Below, piece after piece: positions 6,693-14,918 of a stretch of 27,004 nucleotides of DNA (positions are counted from its first letter, which is position 1; each line of letters opens with the position of its first letter). Below the pieces are notes generated by a model that ran no database searches, had not been told where the DNA came from, and saw nothing but the letters and a program-made list of their open reading frames with translations. The position numbers and the translations under genes are program-made. Source of the stretch: a virus (Duplodnaviria; Caudoviricetes); IMG/VR virus record IMGVR_UViG_3300033485_000070, positions 1 to 27,004 of that record; one strand, 5' to 3'.

Positions 6693-7159
6693 GCAAGGTG
6701 AAGGCGCCGCCGCCGCGGCCCAGGCTCGGGCCGACGCACGACGAGGACGTGCAGACCGTCCTGGTGAGCCGCAAGCTCGCCGACAACCTCAAGAACCGTA
6801 AGCGCGCCGAGAACGTGGTGGCCCAGCACCGGCTCGCTCAAATCGCCGAGGACATCGAGGAGAAGGCCGCCGAGGTCTGCTTGGCCGCGATGGAGTTCGG
6901 CAAGCTCCGCGGCGACGAGACCGAGCCCACGCCGGAGATGGTCGAGCGCTACGGCGAGCGAGCGTGGGAGATGTTCCGGCTGATGGGCGCCGGGCTGATG
7001 TCGACGAAGGACTCGCCGGTTGGCCTCCGCGTCGCGATGAACATCCACGCGACCGCGATGCGCACCAAGAGCGACCAGCAAACGCCGAAGCTCAACGTGC
7101 AGGTGGCGCAGCTCAACGTGATGCCGACTCAGTACCCCGTGCTCAAGGTGGATAAGTGA
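6689..7159 (+). CDS. hypothetical protein, candidate terminase small subunit
   Basis: 156 aa, mostly helical with a beta-like C-terminus, upstream of TerL. Function is inferred from position only. Confidence 0.55.
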   Translation: MSKVKAPPPRPRLGPTHDEDVQTVLVSRKLADNLKNRKRAENVVAQHRLAQIAEDIEEKAAEVCLAAMEFGKLRGDETEPTPEMVERYGERAWEMFRLMGAGLMSTKDSPVGLRVAMNIHATAMRTKSDQQTPKLNVQVAQLNVMPTQYPVLKVDK

Positions 7160-7356
7160 TGGAAGGCTGGAGACCGACGCATTATCGGCCGATCGGGCGC
7201 TCGTGGCCAAAGGTGCTGTTCAGCGACGTTCACAACCGATGGCGCATCCAGCTCGAAGAGGCGGGGCAGGTTTACGGCATGTTCGATCGCCTCGAGGATG
7301 CGCTGTCCGTGGCTGACGAGCACTGGAAGGAAGCAGTGGCCAATGCTCGACGCTGA
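7156..7356 (+). CDS. hypothetical protein
   Basis: Start overlaps the upstream stop (GTGATG) and the ORF fills the gap. Confidence 0.55.
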   Translation: MMEGWRPTHYRPIGRSWPKVLFSDVHNRWRIQLEEAGQVYGMFDRLEDALSVADEHWKEAVANARR

Positions 7357-7744
7357 TCCCGAGCCGCACGAGCGGGTCTACTACCGCAACATCGAGACCG
7401 GTCAGCGGGCCTACGTGGTCACGCGCGCCGGCCTCGAGAAGCTCCGCGTCGACCACGGCCCCAACTCCGACATCATCGTCGCGCTGAACCCGATCGAGTG
7501 GACCGTCGACAAGGACGTGCGCCCCATCAACACGGTTCACCTCGCACAGGTCGCCTACGAGGCCGATCGTGCGTTGTGCGTGCGCTTGTCGCTGCACCGC
7601 GAGGCCAAGCTCGAGTGGCGCGACCTGACCGACAAGGAGCGTGCGCGCTTCATGAAGTCGGGGCCGGGCGACTCGCATCCGGCTCGAGCGAGGCTGTTCG
7701 CGTACATCCGCCGGGCGCTCGAGCCCTACACGAGTAAGCAGTGA
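7343..7744 (+). CDS. hypothetical protein
   Basis: ATG 7343 (MLDADPEPHER), GC3-rich, GTGA coupling downstream. Confidence 0.7.
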   Translation: MLDADPEPHERVYYRNIETGQRAYVVTRAGLEKLRVDHGPNSDIIVALNPIEWTVDKDVRPINTVHLAQVAYEADRALCVRLSLHREAKLEWRDLTDKERARFMKSGPGDSHPARARLFAYIRRALEPYTSKQ

Positions 7745-8142
7745 CCGAGCTGATCACCGACAAGCCGAGCAAGCGCCCCGTCGAGGAGGGCGGCGTGCTG
7801 GCGTGGATCAACCGCGAGGCTGCGAAGGCGCTCACGGCGTGCATCGAGCGCATCAACAGCATCATCACCGCCGACGAGGTGATCGCCGAGGCCGATGGCG
7901 CGACCATCGACTGGTCCGCGAGCCGCACAGCGACCTTCAGCCTTACGGCCAACCGCGTCCTCACCTTCACGGCCCCTGACACCGAGGCAGCGTTCCTGCG
8001 CCTGGTGATTACGCAGTCCGGCGCGTTCACTATCACCTGGCCCGCTGACGTGGAGTGGACCAACGGCCCTCCTGCGCTCACGGGCGCCCGCAACCTCGTG
8101 CTGCTCGTCTACGTGGACGGCGAGGGGTACACCGGGCTCTGA
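7741..8142 (+). CDS. small beta-rich protein resembling a tail-fibre C-terminal domain
   Basis: TIDWS...SLTANRVLTFTAP...LVITQSGAFTITWPADVEW..GPPALT pattern. Confidence 0.6.
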   Translation: MTELITDKPSKRPVEEGGVLAWINREAAKALTACIERINSIITADEVIAEADGATIDWSASRTATFSLTANRVLTFTAPDTEAAFLRLVITQSGAFTITWPADVEWTNGPPALTGARNLVLLVYVDGEGYTGL

Positions 8143-10616
8143 TGGACCTCCAGAGCATCTACACGCCGTCGCCCTGGCAGACCGAGTTCCATAACCTCCC
8201 GCACAACGAGGTTCTCGGGGCGGGCGCGGCGGGCGTCGGCAAGAGCGTGTGTCTGCGCATGGAGCCGCTCGCGCAGATCGCGGCGGAGCACCAGCGCTGC
8301 ACGGACAAGCGCCACGCTCACCCGCTCGACTGGGGCCAGAGCGTGGGCTGGTGCCTGTACCTGCGTCGCACGATGCCGATGCTCGAGCAGACCATCGCGA
8401 TGTCGCACCGCGAGATCCCGCGCATCGACCCCGGCGCGAAGTTCAGCGCGCAGACGTACACGTGGAAGCTCTCGAGCGGCTACCGCATCCAATACGGCCA
8501 CTGCTCCGAGAAGTACGACTTCGAGCGCTACATGTCGCTCGAGATCACGATGGCGCTGTTCGACGAGCTGCGGCAGTTCGAGAAGGTCCAATACGACAAC
8601 ATCGCCGGCCGCGTGCGAACCGTCGATCCTGTGCTGAGCCGGATGCTCAAGGTCCGCGCGATGTCGAACCCGACCGACCCGGACGGCATCAAGCTCGAGA
8701 ATCCCAACTGGGTGCGCGAATACTTCGTTGACCCCGCGCCGATGGGCAAGACCACGATCCAGCGCGACGTGACGATGGGCGACGGCTCCACCGAGACGTG
8801 GACCCGCATGTACTTCCCCGGAAACCTCTACGACAACCCCGACAAGGCTTTCGCGCGCCAGTACGAGCTGAGCCTTAGAACGCGTCCCGCGCATATCCAG
8901 CGCGCCCTGTTGTTCGGAGACTGGTACTCAGCTCCGGGCTCATACTTCGGCGAGGACTGGGACAGCTCAGTCCATATCTGCAAGACGTTCAAGGTCCCCA
9001 CCGACTGGAAGCACTTTCGCTCGATGGACTGGGGCTTCAAGAGCGAGGGCGTCGTTCTGTGGTGGGCGCAGGACCAGGATGGAACGTGGTTTGTGCACCG
9101 CGAGCTGGTGTTCAAGGGCCGTCACCCAGACTGGGTCGCGAAACGCATCATCGAGATCGAGACCGACCTCGGCCTCGCGAAGAATGGCAAGTCGCTGATC
9201 TCCGGGCCGGCGGATAACCAGCTGTGGGAGCAGCGCGGCGACCGCGGCCTCTCCAAGGCTCAGGAGATGCAGAAGCACGGCGTGCGCTGGGTGAAGGCGA
9301 ACAAGACGCCCGGCTCGCACCGTCGCAACTCGGAGCGCTTGCTGCTGCTGATCCGCGCGCACAAAGAAGACGGCACGGGCGTCCCCGGCATCGTGTTCTT
9401 CGACGGCTGCCGCTACAGCATCCGCACCATCCCCGAGGTGATGCCGGACAAGCTCGAGCCCGAGGTCCCCGATCGCAACTACCCGGACGATCACGCCCTC
9501 GACGCGTGCTTGGCCCCCGGAACGCTCGTGACGACGCGGCGCGGCCCGGTGAGGATCGATCGCCTCGCGCCGAGCGATACGGTGCTCTCGTCTGACGGGC
9601 GCTTCTGGCCGTGCACAGGTGGCCGGCTCACGCGGAGGTCTGCCGAGGTGATGACCGTGCGCTTCGCCGATGGCGGCACGCTGACAGCCACGCCGGACCA
9701 CCGCGTAAACTGCGCAGATGGCCAGTGGAAAAGAGTTGATCAGCTAGACGCTTCGAGTTACGTAGTCGAACCATGGATCCGACCGTCATCTCCGAGCGCT
9801 GCCAAGAGTTCCAAGGATTCAGGTACTACTTGTGCGGGCACTACTTCCGCAGAACGTCCAAGCTTTGGAAGGGCTCTAAGTCGCTTCATCGAGAGGTTTA
9901 TCTCGCGATGCACGGCGCCATTCCTGACGACTGCCACGTCCACCACGTTGACGGCGACCGAAGCAACAATCGGCCCGAGAACCTGGTTGCGATGCCCGGG
10001 GTCGAGCACCAGCTCCATCATCTCGTGGAAGCCAAGGCCGCAAACGAGCGGCTCGGGTGGCCGGGAATCAAGCTGGCTCAGGAAGCTGCCAAGGCTTGGC
10101 ACGGCAGTGACGAGGGTCGAGCCTGGCATCGAGAGCACGCAAGAGTATCTGCCTTCGGAAAGGGCCACGCTCGAGATGCTGTGTGCGAGGTCTGCGGGGC
10201 TCGGTACGTTGACCGGCGTGCCGGGGGAGACGGCAGGTTCTGCCGGCCCGCTTGTCGATCGAAGTGGAGACGCGATGCCGGCGTCGACAACGAGCAACGC
10301 GTATGCGTTGCCTGCGGGGTGGCATTCATGGCGAACAGGTTCTCGGCTTCCAAGCTGTGTGGCCGGGCGTGCTCGGCGCGTTTTGTCGGTGAGTCCCGCA
10401 GGGGAAAGCGATACGTGGTGCGCGACCGTTCCTGAGATGGGCGCCTTCGTTGCTGACGGCGTGCTGGTGTCGAACTGCAAGTACGGCGCCGAGTATTCCG
10501 AGCGCGTCGGCGCCGGCAGTCGCACACCGAAGGAAGCCGACGAGGACAAGATGTTCACCGACGACGACGAAGAGGCCGACGTTGAGAGCCGCGGCCAGTT
10601 CGGCTACGGTACCTGA
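8142..10616 (+). CDS. terL: terminase large subunit, intein-containing precursor (824 aa; about 501 aa after splicing)
   Basis: Walker A GAGAAGVGKS, Walker B ALFDE, MSNP coupling motif, nuclease SMDWG and DHALDA|CKY. TGATG coupling at 8142; immediately upstream of portal. Confidence 0.93.
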   Translation: MDLQSIYTPSPWQTEFHNLPHNEVLGAGAAGVGKSVCLRMEPLAQIAAEHQRCTDKRHAHPLDWGQSVGWCLYLRRTMPMLEQTIAMSHREIPRIDPGAKFSAQTYTWKLSSGYRIQYGHCSEKYDFERYMSLEITMALFDELRQFEKVQYDNIAGRVRTVDPVLSRMLKVRAMSNPTDPDGIKLENPNWVREYFVDPAPMGKTTIQRDVTMGDGSTETWTRMYFPGNLYDNPDKAFARQYELSLRTRPAHIQRALLFGDWYSAPGSYFGEDWDSSVHICKTFKVPTDWKHFRSMDWGFKSEGVVLWWAQDQDGTWFVHRELVFKGRHPDWVAKRIIEIETDLGLAKNGKSLISGPADNQLWEQRGDRGLSKAQEMQKHGVRWVKANKTPGSHRRNSERLLLLIRAHKEDGTGVPGIVFFDGCRYSIRTIPEVMPDKLEPEVPDRNYPDDHALDACLAPGTLVTTRRGPVRIDRLAPSDTVLSSDGRFWPCTGGRLTRRSAEVMTVRFADGGTLTATPDHRVNCADGQWKRVDQLDASSYVVEPWIRPSSPSAAKSSKDSGTTCAGTTSAERPSFGRALSRFIERFISRCTAPFLTTATSTTLTATEATIGPRTWLRCPGSSTSSIISWKPRPQTSGSGGRESSWLRKLPRLGTAVTRVEPGIESTQEYLPSERATLEMLCARSAGLGTLTGVPGETAGSAGPLVDRSGDAMPASTTSNAYALPAGWHSWRTGSRLPSCVAGRARRVLSVSPAGESDTWCATVPEMGAFVADGVLVSNCKYGAEYSERVGAGSRTPKEADEDKMFTDDDEEADVESRGQFGYGT
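9507..10475 (+). mobile_element. intein (323 aa) in TerL
   Basis: Block A CLAPGTLVTT, block B LTATPDHRV, block F DTWCATV..GAFVADG, block G VLVSN with +1 Cys. Removal restores DDHALDACKYG. Confidence 0.92.
9773..10435 (+). CDS. HNH homing endonuclease with two C-terminal Zn-finger repeats, nested in the -1 frame of the intein
   Basis: SLHREVY...IPDDCHVHHVDGDRSNNRPENL...EH..HH, then CEVCG..FCRPAC and CVACG..LCGRAC. Confidence 0.9.
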   Translation: MDPTVISERCQEFQGFRYYLCGHYFRRTSKLWKGSKSLHREVYLAMHGAIPDDCHVHHVDGDRSNNRPENLVAMPGVEHQLHHLVEAKAANERLGWPGIKLAQEAAKAWHGSDEGRAWHREHARVSAFGKGHARDAVCEVCGARYVDRRAGGDGRFCRPACRSKWRRDAGVDNEQRVCVACGVAFMANRFSASKLCGRACSARFVGESRRGKRYVVRDRS

Positions 10617-10633
10617 CCTGAACGGATAACCAG

Positions 10634-12877
10634 ATGGCCGAAAAAGAACCCACAGAGTTTCCACTCGACGATCCCGAATCCGAAGAGGAGGGCCTGCTCG
10701 ACCCCGAGGCTGAAGCCGAGGAGCCGGCGGAGCCCGGCGAAGACCTCGAGGCCGGCAACCTCGCGCTCAAGATGAGCAAGAGCGAGGACGGCAAGAAGGA
10801 GCTGCTCGAGCTGGGGAGCACCGTCGTCGACCAGTTCGAGCGCGACTGGAAGAGCAACGAGGAGTATCGCGACCGCGTCTCGAGCGACTGGGCGCTGTTT
10901 ACCGGCTTCCTGCCCAAGAAGACCTACCCGTTCAAGGACGCTGCCAACGGCCATGTGCCGATCCTGTTCGAGAACCTCACGCGCATCTACACGCGCGTCT
11001 GCGGCGAGCTGTTTGGCGATGGCGTGTACTTCCTGACGGTGCGGCCGACAGGCCCCGAGTCCGCGCCGCAGGCCGACCTGATGACGCTGCACGACAACTA
11101 CCAGTTCCGCGAGCAGATCCCCGACTTCATGCGCCAGCAAGAGCGCGGCGTGCTCTCGTTCTACGCATGGGGCGATGTCGCGGGCCACAGCTACTACGAC
11201 GAGAACCTCAAGCAGAACCGGCACGAGATCCTGACGTGCGATGACTTCGTGGTGCCGTACACGCAGGTCTCGACGATGCCGGACTACAGCGACTGCCCGC
11301 GCGTCACGAAGATCCTGCGGTTCTACCGGAACCAGCTCGAAGCGATGAAGGGCAAGTGGGCCTTCGTCAAAGAGATCATCGATCGCAAGCCCGACGACGC
11401 CGACGCGGAGCCTGAGGCGAAGCTCGCGCAGAGCACCGCGGAGAACGCGGGAATCGCGATGCCCGACGACAACGAGGACATGCCCTACAAGCTGCTCCTC
11501 CAGGAGGGCTGGTATCAGCTCGAGGGCGAAATCGGCAAGGACGCGGATGGCGAGGACCGGCTTCGGTTCTGCCAGGTCATCGTGGACGAGAAGACCAAGC
11601 GCGTCGCTTCGCTGCGCATTCACGAGAGCATCGACGCCGCCGAGCAGCTGATCTACGACCGCAAGATCAAAGAGGCTGAGCAGTACGCCGCCGCGCTCGA
11701 GCTGCACAACGCGCAGATCGCCGACATCCAGGCGCGCAATGCGCAGATGGAGGCTGAGGCCGTTGGCATCGAGGCGAACCTCCAGGCCGGGCTGATCCCG
11801 CCCATGGCCGGCGGCCAGGCGCTCATGCAGCGCGACCAGCTCCGGCAGCAGATCCAATCGACCATCATGCCGCCGATCCCGCAGCGGCCTATGTGGATGA
11901 CCGACGACAAGCCGGTTCCCGACAAGCCGACCAAGAAGCCGATCCACATGTTCAGCCACGGCGTGAACGTCGAGAACATGACCGGCGTGATGGGCCTCGG
12001 TCAGGGCCGCATCCTCGCCGACTACAACCGCGCGGCGAACACGGCGTTCAACCAGTTCAGCGACGCGGCGACGCTCGGCAACGTCTGGGGCATCATCGCC
12101 GACGACCTGATCGAGTTCGAGGGCGACGGCGGAATCAAGTGGTCGCCCGGCGGAGTGACGCGCATCAAGGGCTTTGCCGGCGACGACATCAACAAGCACA
12201 TGAAGGAGCTGCGCGCCGCACCAGCGAACCCGCAGCTGCTCGAGATGGTGTCGCTGTTCTACGGCTACGGGCAGACCTCGATGCAGGCGCCCGAGGTTAT
12301 GAGCGGTCAGCCGGGCAAGAGCGGCGAGACCTTCCGCGGCATCCAAGCGCGCATCGACCAGGCCTCTAAGCAGACCTCCGTGTCAGCGAAGAAGTACGCC
12401 AACGGGTTCCTGAAGCAGATCGTCAAGAACAACGCGCGGCTCAACTCGATCTACCTCGAGGAGCAGCAGATGGTGTCGCTGCTCGACTGGCGCATCCAAG
12501 GGTACCGCAGCATCACGGTCTCGCGGAAGTGGTACGAGGAGCCGTTCGCGTTCGAGTTCCGCACCGACTTCCGCTTCAGCTCGGAGACGCAGCGCATCCA
12601 GGAGGCCGACGAGCTGGTGCAGCTCCCCGCCGCGGTGCCGCCGCTGCAAGCGAACCTCGCGTTCCAGATGGAGGCCGTGAAGGGCGCTCTCGAGGCGCGC
12701 GGGCAGTACAAGATGGTCGCGCTGCTCGGCCAGCAGCCGCCGCCCGTGCCGCCCATGTTCGGTATGCCGTCGATGCCGCCGCCTCCGCCGCCCGGTCCGC
12801 CCGGCGCTCCGCCAGGACTGCCGAACCCCGGGGGCGGCCCGCCGCCGCAAGGTCCGCCGCCAGGAGGTCCGCAGTGA
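10634..12877 (+). CDS. portal protein (podovirus/P22-like) with Pro-rich C-terminal tail
   Basis: 747 aa directly after TerL. KTYPFKDAANGHVP and GVMGLGQG...N..FNQFSDAATLGN are portal-like segments. Confidence 0.85.
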   Translation: MAEKEPTEFPLDDPESEEEGLLDPEAEAEEPAEPGEDLEAGNLALKMSKSEDGKKELLELGSTVVDQFERDWKSNEEYRDRVSSDWALFTGFLPKKTYPFKDAANGHVPILFENLTRIYTRVCGELFGDGVYFLTVRPTGPESAPQADLMTLHDNYQFREQIPDFMRQQERGVLSFYAWGDVAGHSYYDENLKQNRHEILTCDDFVVPYTQVSTMPDYSDCPRVTKILRFYRNQLEAMKGKWAFVKEIIDRKPDDADAEPEAKLAQSTAENAGIAMPDDNEDMPYKLLLQEGWYQLEGEIGKDADGEDRLRFCQVIVDEKTKRVASLRIHESIDAAEQLIYDRKIKEAEQYAAALELHNAQIADIQARNAQMEAEAVGIEANLQAGLIPPMAGGQALMQRDQLRQQIQSTIMPPIPQRPMWMTDDKPVPDKPTKKPIHMFSHGVNVENMTGVMGLGQGRILADYNRAANTAFNQFSDAATLGNVWGIIADDLIEFEGDGGIKWSPGGVTRIKGFAGDDINKHMKELRAAPANPQLLEMVSLFYGYGQTSMQAPEVMSGQPGKSGETFRGIQARIDQASKQTSVSAKKYANGFLKQIVKNNARLNSIYLEEQQMVSLLDWRIQGYRSITVSRKWYEEPFAFEFRTDFRFSSETQRIQEADELVQLPAAVPPLQANLAFQMEAVKGALEARGQYKMVALLGQQPPPVPPMFGMPSMPPPPPPGPPGAPPGLPNPGGGPPPQGPPPGGPQ

Positions 12878-13155
12878 ACTACAAGAGCGTGATCAACGAG
12901 TTCAAGGGCGAGGCCCACGTCGAGCTGGCGCTGTTCCGCGAGAGCACGGTCGGCCGGCGAATGCTGATCGCCGCCGAGAAGCAGCGGCGGTTTCACCTGC
13001 TCCAGATGTTGAACGCGGCGTTGCAGAGCAGCGACCCCGCGGTGGTCAAGGCCGCCGTCTCCTACAAAGAGATGAGCGAGCTGGTGGTGTTTTTCCTAGG
13101 AAAGGACGATGGAGATGCAGCAGATCCCGATTCTACAGGGCAGGCTAACGGCTGA
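12874..13155 (+). CDS. small hypothetical protein after portal
   Basis: AGGAGG RBS and a GTG overlapping the portal stop; MNYKSVINEF... Confidence 0.75.
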   Translation: MNYKSVINEFKGEAHVELALFRESTVGRRMLIAAEKQRRFHLLQMLNAALQSSDPAVVKAAVSYKEMSELVVFFLGKDDGDAADPDSTGQANG

Positions 13156-13741
13156 GCAGGTTGAGGCGCTCGACCCGACGACGCGCGACAAGGCGGTGGC
13201 GCACTCAAAGCTCGTGCTCGAGCGCATGTCGCCGCCCAACGCGCTCGGGCTGCCGCCGGTTCTCGAGGCCCGTCGCTGGGAGGTCGGCATCGCCGATCAC
13301 TACTTCAAGCAGACCGCGACGTTCGAGAAGATCCTGCTCTACAAGGTCGAAGACGACGGCGGCGCCACGTTCGGCGGCGGGCTGATCGCGAAGCCCGACG
13401 ATGTTCGAGCGCGCGAGGCGCAGGAAGCTCCGCGCGGCATCATCATCTCCGCCGGGCTCGGCGCGCTCGACGTGATGCGCTCGAACGGCATCGGCCTCGG
13501 CGACCTGGTCACGTTCACGCGCGGCGCAGTCACGCGCATCCGCGTCGGATACGTCGGCGGCCTCCAAGAGTGGGCCACCGTGATCTACGCAGACGATATC
13601 TCCGCCAGTCTCGATCTGGCGGATCGGCTCAAGAGCGGCGAGGTCACCCTCGAGCGCGGAGAGTCAGGCAAGCACTTCTACAAGTGGAACGGGGAAGCGC
13701 TGCCGGTGAACACCGTACCGGACCAACACCCAAACACGTGA
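13109..13741 (+). CDS. GroES-like co-chaperonin with terminal extensions
   Basis: EKILLYKVE...TFGGGLIAKPD...PRGIIISAG.G...IGLGDLVTF...VIYADDISA follows the Cpn10 pattern. Confidence 0.7.
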   Translation: MEMQQIPILQGRLTAEQVEALDPTTRDKAVAHSKLVLERMSPPNALGLPPVLEARRWEVGIADHYFKQTATFEKILLYKVEDDGGATFGGGLIAKPDDVRAREAQEAPRGIIISAGLGALDVMRSNGIGLGDLVTFTRGAVTRIRVGYVGGLQEWATVIYADDISASLDLADRLKSGEVTLERGESGKHFYKWNGEALPVNTVPDQHPNT

Positions 13742-13749
13742 GGTAGAAG

Positions 13750-14685
13750 ATGGCGAAGTTGAAGGAAGAGGGCGCAGAGCCCGAGGTCGAAGAGAAGGAG
13801 CCAAAGGCCGAGCCGCGAGTCGAAGAGGAGGAGTTCTCTCTCGAGCCCGAGGCCAAGGAAGAAGACGACGACGACGACGGCCCCGCGGAGCCGGCGGAGC
13901 CGCGCAAGCCGCGCAAGGAGCGTCGTGCGGAGCGCGGAAAGCTCCACGAGGCCCTCGCGAGCACGCAGAAGGAGGCGACCGAGCTGCGCGAGCGCTTGGC
14001 CAGGATGGAGGGCTACCTCACCAGCCAGGCCAGCCACACCAGAGCCGCCGCCGGCCCCGAGAAGGATCCGCTCGAAGCGGAGATCGAGGAGCTGGAGCGG
14101 CAGGGCGCGATGGTGCTCGACACCTACAACGCCAAGGTCGCTGCGAAGTCGATCACGCCCGAGGAGCTGACGACGCTCCGCGCGCGCGCCGCGGAGGTTC
14201 AGCGCAAGCAGCGCAGCGCCGAGATCCGTCTGGCGCTCAAGCAGCACGGACCGAAGCCGCCCGACCCCCGGCAGGAGCAGGCCCGGTCACACCAGGCCGC
14301 CGTCTATGCCATGTACCCGGACGTGGCGAGCAAGCCCGAGGCCTTCGGCTACGCCCAAGCGCTGTGGAACGCTCGGCGCCTTCTGCCGGGAGCGAAGCAA
14401 GGCAACGAGCTGCTCGCCGAGGTGATGGACGACGCCCGCGAGAAGTTCGGCCTCGTGCGCCAGCAGGCGCGGCCGTCGCAGAACACCCGGGAGCAGTTCT
14501 CCGGGACGCCGAAGGGCGCCGCCGCCGCGAGCGGCGGGCTGCCGAAGTCGTACAAGCCGAGCGCCGAAGACTGGCGCATGGCGGACGCCGCGTTCGGCTA
14601 CATCACCGACAAAAAGAAGCGCATGCAGCACTTCATCACGAAAGTGATCAAGCCGCAGCTTGAAGAGGAGGCGCGGCAGCGCTAG
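13750..14685 (+). CDS. putative capsid scaffolding protein
   Basis: Acidic N-terminus, coiled coil and short helical C-terminus, located between portal and capsid. GAGG RBS. Confidence 0.7.
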   Translation: MAKLKEEGAEPEVEEKEPKAEPRVEEEEFSLEPEAKEEDDDDDGPAEPAEPRKPRKERRAERGKLHEALASTQKEATELRERLARMEGYLTSQASHTRAAAGPEKDPLEAEIEELERQGAMVLDTYNAKVAAKSITPEELTTLRARAAEVQRKQRSAEIRLALKQHGPKPPDPRQEQARSHQAAVYAMYPDVASKPEAFGYAQALWNARRLLPGAKQGNELLAEVMDDAREKFGLVRQQARPSQNTREQFSGTPKGAAAASGGLPKSYKPSAEDWRMADAAFGYITDKKKRMQHFITKVIKPQLEEEARQR

Positions 14686-14725
14686 AGACTTCGTCGCGCT
14701 GAACCACCGACGCTACGGCAGCGGG

Positions 14726-14759
14726 GGCCGCCCTGGAAACGGGGCGGCCTTTAGCTTTT
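14726..14759 (+). terminator. intrinsic terminator
   Basis: GGCCGCCCTG-GAAA-CGGGGCGGCC hairpin followed by TTTAGCTTTT. Confidence 0.8.
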
Positions 14760-14773
14760 GTGTGCGAAGTCGC

Positions 14774-14802
14774 TTGACACCTGTTCAGGGCTTTTGCAGT
14801 AT
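14774..14802 (+). promoter_or_regulatory. capsid operon promoter TTGACA-17-CAGTAT
   Basis: Perfect -35 just after the terminator; weaker -10. Confidence 0.6.
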
Positions 14803-14918
14803 CACCACATCGGCGCCGCCGTTCTGCAACGGATGGTCGTCAGCCCGGCTGGGAGCCCCCGAGGCCCAGTCCGCGACAAGGGTAGCTACGCCAGCAAGCA
14901 GGCAGGCGACGGTTGCGA

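Noticed and set aside
8055-8141. Longer ORF-track starts (e.g. 8055, 6249, 6533, 12529, 18685, 22050, 23842)
   Set aside because: They overlap upstream genes or promoters; coupled or RBS-supported downstream starts fit better.
9727-9739. GGAAAAG as a -1 frameshift site fusing TerL/intein to HNH
   Set aside because: A TGA at 9737-9739 in the HNH frame lies just downstream, so slippage here would terminate.
9773-10435. Group I intron explanation for the nested HNH
   Set aside because: The TerL frame is already continuous with complete intein blocks, the ORF fills the insert, and no intron core was recognisable.
9758-10558. 266-aa antisense ORF across the intein, considered as a third overlapping gene
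   Set aside because: No motif, S/P/V-rich composition and no RBS; open antisense frames are common in this window.
10604-12346. 580-aa minus-strand ORF and similar antisense ORFs over structural genes
   Set aside because: Shadow frames of well-supported plus-strand genes in GC-rich DNA.
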